Assembly (NCBI GenBank): GCA_964016885.1
Contig: OZ024740.1
Coordinates: forward strand, 108,748,001 to 108,812,000
Source of the DNA: Eledone cirrhosa
Taxonomy: Eukaryota
Length of the DNA stretch: 64,000 nucleotides
Direction of reading: 5' to 3'
How positions within the stretch are numbered: position 1 is the stretch's first letter; each line of letters begins with the position of its first letter. A program made the translations under genes and the position numbers. This document shows positions 1-9,700 of the stretch, piece by piece. A model generated the notes under the pieces. The model ran no database searches, was not told the origin of the DNA, and worked only from the letters and a program-made list of their open reading frames with translations.

Positions 1-132
1 CTGTGTCTTTCATTAGAAATATTGTAATGAAAGGGTTGATGACATAGGCAGTGTCTTTCATTAGAAATATTGTAATGAAAGGGTTGATGACATAGGCAGT
101 GTCTTTCATTAGAAATATAGTAATGAAAGGGT

Positions 133-155
133 TGATGACATAGGCAGTGTCATCA
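133..155. other. Inverted repeat II, perfected form TGATGACA-N7-TGTCATCA in the 47-bp variant monomer (representative copy)
   Basis: Perfect 8-bp arms around TAGGCAG. The consensus monomer has only the 4-bp GACA/TGTC core. Confidence 0.9.
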
Positions 156-249
156 TTAGAAATATAGTAATGAAAGGGTTGATGACATAGGCAGTGTCTT
201 TCATTAGAAATATAGTAATGAAAGGGTTGATGACATAAGTAGTGTCTTT

Positions 250-1445
250 CATTAGAAATATAGTAATGAAAGGGTTGATGACATAGGCAATATCATCATT
301 AGAAATATAGTAATGAAAGGGTTGATGACATAGGCAGTGTCTTTCATTAGAAATATAGTAATGAAAGAGTTGATGACATAGGCTGTGTCTTTCATTAGAA
401 ATATTGTAATGAAAGGGTTGATGACATAGGCAGTGTCTTTCATTAGAAATATAGTAATGAAAGGGTTGATGACATAGGCAGTGTCTTTCATTAGAAATAT
501 TGTAATGAATGGATTAATGACATAGGCAGTGTCATCATTAGAAATATTGTAATGAAAGGGTTGATGACATAGGCAGTGTCTTTCATTAGAAATGAGGTAA
601 GTAAAGGGTTGATGACATAGGCAGTGTCTTTCATTAGAAATATTGTAATGAATGGATTAATGACATAGGCAGTGTCTTTCATTAGAAATATAGTAATGAA
701 AGGGTTGATGACATAGGCAGTGTCTTTCATTAGAAATATAGTAATGAAAGGGTTGATGACATAGGCAGTGTCTTTCATTAGAAATATTGTAATGAAAGGG
801 TTGATGACATAGGCAGTCTATTTCATTAGAAATATAGTAATGAAAGGGTTGATGACATAAGCAGTGTCTTTCATTAGAAATATAGTAATGAAAGGGTTGA
901 TGACATAGGCAATATCATCATTAGAAATATAGTAATGAAAGGGTTGATGACATAGGCAGTGTCTTTCATTAGAAATATAGTAATGAAAGAGTTGATGACA
1001 TAGGCTGTGTCTTTCATTAGAAATATTGTAATGAAAGGGTTGATGACATAGGCAGTGTCTTTCATTAGAAATATAGTAATGAAAGGGTTGATGACATAGG
1101 CAGTGTCTTTCATTAGAAATATTGTAATGAATGGATTAATGACATAGGCAGTGTCATCATTAGAAATATTGTAATGAAAGGGTTGATGACATAGGCAGTG
1201 TCTTTCATTAGAAATGAGGTAAGTAAAGGGTTGATGACATAGGCAGTGTCTTTCATTAGAAATATTGTAATGAATGGATTAATGACATAGGCAGTGTCTT
1301 TCATTAGAAATATAGTAATGAAAGGGTTGATGACATAGGCAGTGTCTTTCATTAGAAATGTAGTAATGAAAGGGTTGATGACATAGGCAGTGTCTTTCAT
1401 TAGAAATATTGTAATGAAAGGGTTGATGACATAGGCAGTCTATTT
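250..1445. repeat. 13-monomer (622 bp) higher-order repeat, tandem pair (representative)
   Basis: The ordered variant series (AATATCATC 47-mer, consensus, GAG/CTG, TTG, consensus, AATGGATTA+CATC 47-mer, TTG, GAGGTAAG, AATGGATTA, consensus x2, CTAT, AAGC) restarts at 250 and 872. The 622 spacing is also seen at ORF coordinates 8309/8931, 10413/11035, 19499/20121, 25833/26455 and 29134/29756. Confidence 0.93.
341..367. other. Inverted repeat I of the monomer, CTTTCATTA-N9-TAATGAAAG (representative copy; present in most monomers)
   Basis: Perfect 9-bp arms around the 9-nt spacer GAAATATAG or GAAATATTG. The stem extends to 10 bp in the GAAAGAG variant. Confidence 0.9.
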
Positions 1446-4400
1446 CATTAGAAATATAGTAATGAAAGGGTTGATGACATAGGCAGTGTCTTTCTTTAGA
1501 AATATAGTAATGAAAGGGTTGATGACATAGGCAGTGTCTTTCATTAGAAATATAGTAATGAAAGGGTTGATGACATAGGCAGTGTCTTTCATTAGAAATA
1601 TAGTAATGAAAGAGTTGATGACATAGGCTGTGTCTTTCATTAGAAATATTGTAATGAAAGGGTTGATGACATAGGCAGTGTCTTTCATTAGAAATATAGT
1701 AATGAAAGAGTTGATGACATAGGCAGTGTCTTTCATTAGAAATATAGTAATGAAAGGGTTGATGACATAGGCAGTGTCATCATTAGAAATATAGTAATGA
1801 AAGGGTTGATGACATAGGCAGTGTCTTTCATTAGAAATATAGTAATGAAAGGGTTGATGACATAAGCAGTGTCTTTCATTAGAAATATAGTAATGAAAGG
1901 GTTGATGACATAGGCAATATCATCATTAGAAATATAGTAATGAAAGGGTTGATGACATAGGCAGTGTCTTTCATTAGAAATATAGTAATGAAAGAGTTGA
2001 TGACATAGGCTGTGTCTTTCATTATAAATATTGTAATGAAAGGGTTGATGACATAGGCAGTGTCTTTCATTAGAAATATAGTAATGAAAGGGTTGATGAC
2101 ATAGGCAGTGTCTTTCATTAGAAATATTGTAATGAATGGATTAATGACATAGGCAGTGTCATCATTAGAAATATTGTAATGAAAGGGTTGATGACATAGG
2201 CAGTGTCTTTCATTAGAAATGAGGTAAGTAAAGGGTTGATGACATAGTCAGTGTCTTTCATTAGAAATATTGTAATGAATGGATTAATGACATAGGCAGT
2301 GTCTTTCATTAGAAATATAGTAATGAAAGGGTTGATGACATAGGCAGTGTCTTTCATTAGAAATATAGTAATGAAAGGGTTGATGACATAGGCAGTGTCT
2401 TTCATTAGAAATATTGTAATGAAAGGGTTGATGACATAGGCAGTCTATTTCATTAGAAATATAGTAATGAAAGGGTTGATGACATAGGCAGTGTCTTTCT
2501 TTAGAAATATAGTAATGAAAGGGTTGATGACATAGGCAGTGTCTTTCATTAGAAATATAGTAATGAAAGGGTTGATGACATAGGCAGTGTCTTTCATTAG
2601 AAATATAGTAATGAAAGGGTTGATGACATAAGCAGTGTCTTTCATTAGAAATATAGTAATGAAAGGGTTGATGACATAGGCAATATCATCATTAGAAATA
2701 TAGTAATGAAAGGGTTGATGACATAGGCAGTGTCTTTCATTAGAAATATAGTAATGAAAGAGTTGATGACATAGGCTGTGTCTTTCATTAGAAATATTGT
2801 AATGAAAGGGTTGATGACATAGGCAGTGTCTTTCATTAGAAATATTGTAATGAAAGGGTTGATGACATAGGCAGTGTCTTTCATTAGAAATATAGTAATG
2901 AAAGGGTTGATGACATAGGCAGTGTCATCATTAGAAATATAGTAATGAAAGGGTTGATGACATAGGCAGTGTCTTTCATTAGAAATATAGTAATGAAAGG
3001 GTTGATGACATAAGCAGTGTCTTTCATTAGAAATATAGTAATGAAAGGGTTGATGACATAGGCAGTGTCTTTCATTAGAAATATAGTAATGAAAGGGTTG
3101 ATGACATAGGCAGTGTCTTTCATTAGAAATATAGTAATGAAAGAGTTGATGACATAGGCAGTGTCTTTCATTAGAAATATAGTAATGAAAGGGTTGATGA
3201 CATAAGCAGTGTCTTTCATTAGAAATATAGTAATGAAAGGGTTGATGACATAGGCAATATCATCTTTAGAAATATAGTAATGAAAGGGTTGATGACATAG
3301 GCAGTGTCTTTCATTAGAAATATAGTAATGAAAGAGTTGATGACATAGGCTGTGTCTTTCATTAGAAATATTGTAATGAAAGGGTTGATGACATAGGCAG
3401 TGTCTTTCATTAGAAATATTGTAATGAAAGGGTTGATGACATAGGCAGTGTCTTTCATTAGAAATATAGTAATGAAAGGGTTGATGACATAGGCAGTGTC
3501 ATCATTAGAAATAAAGTAATGAAAGGGTTGATGACATAGGCAGTGTCTTTCATTAGAAATATAGTAATGAAAGGGTTGATGACATAAGCAGTGTCTTTCA
3601 TTAGAAATATAGTAATGAAAGGGCTGATGACATAGGCAATATCATCATTAGAAATATAGTAATGAAAGGGTTGATGACATAGGCAGTGTCTTTCATTAGA
3701 AATATAGTAATGAAAGGGTTGATGACATAGGCAGTGTCTTTCATTAGAAATGAGGTAAGTAAAGGGTTGATGACATAGGCAGTGTCTTTCATTAGAAATA
3801 TTGTAATGAATGGATTAATGACATAGGCAGTGTCTTTCATTAGAAATATAGTAATGAAAGGGTTGATGACATAGGCAGTGTCTTTCATTAGAAATATAGT
3901 AATGAAAGGGTTGATGACATAGGCAGTGTCTTTCATTAGAAATATTGTAATGAAAGGGTTGATGACATAGGCAGTCTATTTCATTAGAAATATAGTAATG
4001 AAAGGGTTGATGACATAAGCAGTGTCTTTCATTAGAAATATAGTAATGAAAGGGTTGATGACATAGGCAATATCATCATTAGAAATATAGTAATGAAAGG
4101 GTTGATGACATAGGCAGTGTCTTTCATTAGAAATATAGTAATGAAAGAGTTGATGACATAGGCTGTGTCTTTCATTAGAAATATTGTAATGAAAGGGTTG
4201 ATGACATAGGCAGTGTCTTTCATTAGAAATATAGTAATGAAAGGGTTGATGACATAGGCAGTGTCTTTCATTAGAAATATAGTAATGAAAGGGTTGATGA
4301 CATAGGCAGTGTCTTTCATTAGAAATATAGTAATGAAAGGGTTGATGACATAGGCAGTGTCTTTCATTAGAAATATAGTAATGAAAGGGTTGATGACATA

Positions 4401-4460
4401 GGCAGTCTCTTTCATTAGAAATATAGTAATAAAAGGGTTGATGACATAGGCAGTGTCTTT

Positions 4461-4530
4461 CATATGAAGGGGTTGATGACATAGGCAGTGTCTTTCATAT
4501 GAAGGGGTTGATGACATAGGCAGTGTCTTT
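4461..4530. repeat. Pair of 35-bp deletion monomers (CATATGAAGGGGTTGATGACATAGGCAGTGTCTTT x2), copy 1
   Basis: 13-bp deletion of TAGAAATATAGTA plus one A>G change. CATATG occurs at 4461 and 4496. Confidence 0.95.
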
Positions 4531-5774
4531 CATTAGAAATATAGTAATGAAAGGGTTGATGACATAGGCAGTGTCTTTCATTAGAAATATTGTAATGAAA
4601 GGGTTGATGACATAGGCAGTGTCTTTCATTAGAAATATTGTAATGAAAGGGTTGATGACATAGGCAGTGTCTTTCATTAGAAATGTTGTAATGAAAGGGT
4701 TGATGACATAGGCAGTGTCTTTCATTAGAAATATTGTAATGAAAGGGTTGATGACATAGGCAGTGTCTTTCATTAGAAATATAGTAATGAAAGGGTTGAT
4801 GACATAGGCAGTGTCTTTCATTAGAAATATTGTAATGAAAGGGTTGATGACATAGGCAGTGTCATCATTAGAAATATAGTAATGAAAGGGTTGATGACAT
4901 AGGCAGTGTCTTTCTTTAGAAATATGGTAATGAAAGGGTTGATGACATAGGCAGTGTCTTTCATTAGAAATATAGTAATGAAAGGGTTGATGACATAGGC
5001 AGTGTCTTTCATTAGAAATATAGTAATGAAAGGATTGATGACATAGGCAGTGTCTTTCATTAGAAATATAGTAATGAAAGGGTTGATGACATAGGCAGTG
5101 TCATCATTAGAAATATAGTAATGAAAGGGTTGATGACATAGGCAGTGTCTTTCATTAGAAATATAGTAATGAAAGGGTTGATGACATAAGCAGTGTCTTT
5201 CATTAGAAATATAGTAATGAAAGGGTTGATGACATAGGCAATATCATCATTAGAAATATAGTAATGAAAGGGTTGATGACATAGGCAGTGTCTTTCATTA
5301 GAAATATAGTAATGAAAGAGTTGATGACATAGGCTGTGTCTTTCATTAGAAATATAGTAATGAAAGGGTTGATGACATAGGCAGTGTCTTTCATTAGAAA
5401 TATTGTAATGAATGGATTAATGACATAGGCAGTGTCATCATTAGAAATATTGTAATGAAAGGGTTGATGACATAGGCAGTGTCTTTCATTAGAAATGAAG
5501 TAAGTAAAGGGTTGATGACATAGGCAGTGTCTTTCATTAGAAATATTGTAATGAATGGATTAATGACATAGGCAGTGTCTTTCATTAGAAATATAGTAAT
5601 GAAAGGGTTGATGACATAGGCAGTGTCTTTCATTAGAAATATAGTAATGAAAGGGTTGATGACATAGGCAGTGTCTTTCATTAGAAATATTGTAATGAAA
5701 GGGTTGATGACATAGGCAGTCTATTTCATTAGAAATATAGTAATGAAAGGGTTGATGACATAGGCAGTGTCTTT

Positions 5775-6776
5775 CATTAGAAATATTGTACTGAATGGAT
5801 TAATGACATAGGCAGTATCATCATTAGAAATATAGTAATGAAAGGGTTGATGACATAGGCAGTGTCATCATTAGAAATATAGTAATGAAAGGGTTGATGA
5901 CATAGGCAGTGTCTTTCATTAGAAATATAGTAATGAAAGGGTTGATGACATAGGCAGTGTCATCATTAGAAATATTGTACTGAATGGATTAATGACATAG
6001 GCAGTGTCTTTCATTAGAAATATTGTAATGAAAGGGTTGATGACACAGGCAGTGTCTTTCATTAGAAATATTGTACTGAAAGGGTTGATGACATAGGCAG
6101 TGTGATCATTAGAAATATAATAATGAAAGGGTTGATGACATAGGCTGTGTCTTTCATTAGAAATATTGTACTGAATGGATTAATGACATAGGCAGTGTCT
6201 TTCCTTAGAAATATAGTAATGAAAGGGTTGATGACATAGGCAGTGTCTTTCATTAGAAATATAGTAATGAAAGGGTTGATGACATAGGCAGTGTCTTTCA
6301 TTAGAAATATAGTAATGAAAGGGTTGATGACATAGGCAGTGTCTTTCATTAGAAATATTGTAATGAAAGGGTTGATGACATAGGCAGTGTCTTTCATTAG
6401 AAATATAGTAATGAAAGGGTTGATGACATAGGCAGTGTCTTTCATTAGAAATATAGTAATGAAAGGGTTGATGACATAAGCAATGTCTTTCATTAGAAAT
6501 ATAGTAATGAAAGGGTTGATGACATAGGCAGTGTCTTTCATTAGAAATATAGTAATGAAAGGGTTGATGACATAGGCAGTGTCTTTCATTAGAAATATAG
6601 TAATGAAAGGGTTGATGACATAGGCAGTCTTTCTTTAGAAATATAGTAATGAAAGGGATGATGACATAGGCAGTGTCTTTCATTAGAAATATAGTGATGA
6701 AAGGGTTGATGACATAGGCAGTGTCTTTTATTAGAAATATGGTAATGAAAGGGTTGATGACATAGGCAGTGTCTTT
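5775..6776. repeat. Divergent ~21-monomer cassette, copy 1 of 3
   Basis: Cluster of rare variants: GTACTG, GACACAGG, GTGTGATC, TATAATAAT, TTTCCTTAG, AAGCAATG, a 46-bp monomer (GT deletion), TAGTGATG, TCTTTTA and TATGG. Confidence 0.92.
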
Positions 6777-9700
6777 CATTAGAAATATAGTAATGAAAGG
6801 GTTGATGACATAGGCAGTGTCATCATTAGAAATATAGTAATGAAAGGGTTGATGACATAGGCAGTGTCTTTCATTAGAAATATAGTAATGAAAGGGTTGA
6901 TGACATAAGCAGTGTCTTTCATTAGAAATATAGTAATGAAAGGGTTGATGACATAGGCAATATCATCATTAGAAATATAGTAATGAAAGGGTTGATGACA
7001 TAGGCAGTGTCTTTCATTAGAAATATAGTAATGAAAGAGTTGATGACATAGGCTGTGTCTTTCATTAGAAATATTGTAATGAAAGGGTTGATGACATAGG
7101 CAGTGTCTTTCATTAGAAATATAGTAATGAAAGGGTTGATGACATAGGCAGTGTCTTTCATTAGAAATATTGTAATGAATGGATTAATGACATAGGCAGT
7201 GTCATCATTAGAAATATTGTAATGAAAGGGTTGATGACATAGGCAGTGTCTTTCATTAGAAATGAGGTAAGTAAAGGGTTGATGACATAGGCAGTGTCTT
7301 TCATTAGAAATATTGTAATGAATGGATTAATGACATAGGCAGTGTCTTTCATTAGAAATATAGTAATGAAAGGGTTGATGACATAGGCAGTGTCTTTCGT
7401 TAGAAATATAGTAATGAAAGGGTTGATGACATAGGCAGTGTCTTTCATTAGAAATATTGTAATGAAAGGGTTGATGACATAGGCAGTCTATTTCATTAGA
7501 AATATAGTAATGAAAGGGTTGATGACATAGGCAGTGTCTTTCTTTAGAAATATAGTAATGAAAGGGTTGATGACATAGGCAGTGTCTTTCATTAGAAATA
7601 TAGTAATGAAAGGGTTGATGACATAGGCAGTGTCTTTCATTAGAAATATAGTAATGAAAGGGTTGATGACATAAGCAGTGTCTTTCATTAGAAATATAGT
7701 AATGAAAGGGTTGATGACATAGGCAATATCATCTTTAGAAATATAGTAATGAAAGGGTTGATGACATAGGCAGTGTCTTTCATTAGAAATATAGTAATGA
7801 AAGAGTTGATGACATAGGCTGTGTCTTTCATTAGAAATATTGTAATGAAAGGGTTGATGACATAGGCAGTGTCTTTCATTAGAAATATTGTAATGAAAGG
7901 GTTGATGACATAGGCAGTGTCTTTCATTAGAAATATAGTAATGAAAGGGTTGATGACATAGGCAGTGTCATCATTAGAAATATAGTAATGAAAGGGTTGA
8001 TGACATAGGCAGTGTCTTTCATTAGAAATATAGTAATGAAAGGGTTGATGACATAAGCAGTGTCTTTCATTAGAAATATAGTAATGAAAGGGTTGATGAC
8101 ATAGGCAATATCATCATTAGAAATATAGTAATGAAAGGGTTGATGACATAGGCAGTGTCTTTCATTAGAAATATAGTAATGAAAGAGTTGATGACATAGG
8201 CTGTGTCTTTCATTAGAAATATTGTAATGAAAGGGTTGATGACATAGGCAGTGTCTTTCATTAGAAATATAGTAATGAAAGGGTTGATGACATAGGCAGT
8301 GTCTTTCATTAGAAATATTGTAATGAATGGATTAATGACATAGGCAGTGTCATCATTAGAAATATTGTAATGAAAGGGTTGATGACATAGGCAGTGTCTT
8401 TCATTAGAAATGAGGTAAGTAAAGGGTTGATGACATAGGCAGTGTCTTTCATTAGAAATATTGTAATGAATGGATTAATGACATAGGCAGTGTCTTTCAT
8501 TAGAAATATAGTAATGAAAGGGTTGATGACATAGGCAGTGTCTTTCATTAGAAATATAGTAATGAAAGGGTTGATGACATAGGCAGTGTCTTTCATTAGA
8601 AATATTGTAATGAAAGGGTTGATGACATAGGCAGTCTATTTCATTAGAAATATAGTAATGAAAGGGTTGATGACATAAGCAGTGTCTTTCATTAGAAATA
8701 TAGTAATGAAAGGGTTGATGACATAGGCAATATCATCATTAGAAATATAGTAATGAAAGGGTTGATGACATAGGCAGTGTCTTTCATTAGAAATATAGTA
8801 ATGAAAGAGTTGATGACATAGGCTGTGTCTTTCATTAGAAATATTGTAATGAAAGGGTTGATGACATAGGCAGTGTCTTTCATTAGAAATATAGTAATGA
8901 AAGGGTTGATGACATAGGCAGTGTCTTTCATTAGAAATATTGTAATGAATGGATTAATGACATAGGCAGTGTCATCATTAGAAATATTGTAATGAAAGGG
9001 TTGATGACATAGGCAGTGTCTTTCATTAGAAATGAGGTAAGTAAAGGGTTGATGACATAGGCAGTGTCTTTCATTAGAAATATTGTAATGAATGGATTAA
9101 TGACATAGGCAGTGTCTTTCATTAGAAATATAGTAATGAAAGGGTTGATGACATAGGCAGTGTCTTTCATTAGAAATGTAGTAATGAAAGGGTTGATGAC
9201 ATAGGCAGTGTCTTTCATTAGAAATATTGTAATGAAAGGGTTGATGACATAGGCAGTCTATTTCATTAGAAATATAGTAATGAAAGGGTTGATGACATAG
9301 GCAGTGTCTTTCTTTAGAAATATAGTAATGAAAGGGTTGATGACATAGGCAGTGTCTTTCATTAGAAATATAGTAATGAAAGGGTTGATGACATAGGCAG
9401 TGTCTTTCATTAGAAATATAGTAATGAAAGAGTTGATGACATAGGCTGTGTCTTTCATTAGAAATATTGTAATGAAAGGGTTGATGACATAGGCAGTGTC
9501 TTTCATTAGAAATATAGTAATGAAAGAGTTGATGACATAGGCAGTGTCTTTCATTAGAAATATAGTAATGAAAGGGTTGATGACATAGGCAGTGTCATCA
9601 TTAGAAATATAGTAATGAAAGGGTTGATGACATAGGCAGTGTCTTTCATTAGAAATATAGTAATGAAAGGGTTGATGACATAAGCAGTGTCTTTCATTAG

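Noticed and set aside
133-155. snoRNA C box (TGATGA) or intrinsic terminator hairpins
   Set aside because: There is no regular D box partner, and the stems are AT-rich without a proper U-tract or upstream gene.
230-250. Singleton substitutions (e.g. AAGT at 240, GGGCT near 3624, GGGAT near 6658, TAAGG near 24365)
   Set aside because: Single occurrences cannot be told apart from private mutations or consensus errors.
341-367. Site-specific recombinase site (dif/lox/att-like) or MITE terminal repeats
   Set aside because: It matches no site I recognise, and there is no recombinase gene, target-site duplication or element boundary.
2020-2030. TATA-like TATAAA variant (also near 60195 and 61343) as a promoter
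   Set aside because: It is a single G>T change in different monomer contexts, consistent with recurrent mutation, with no other promoter evidence.
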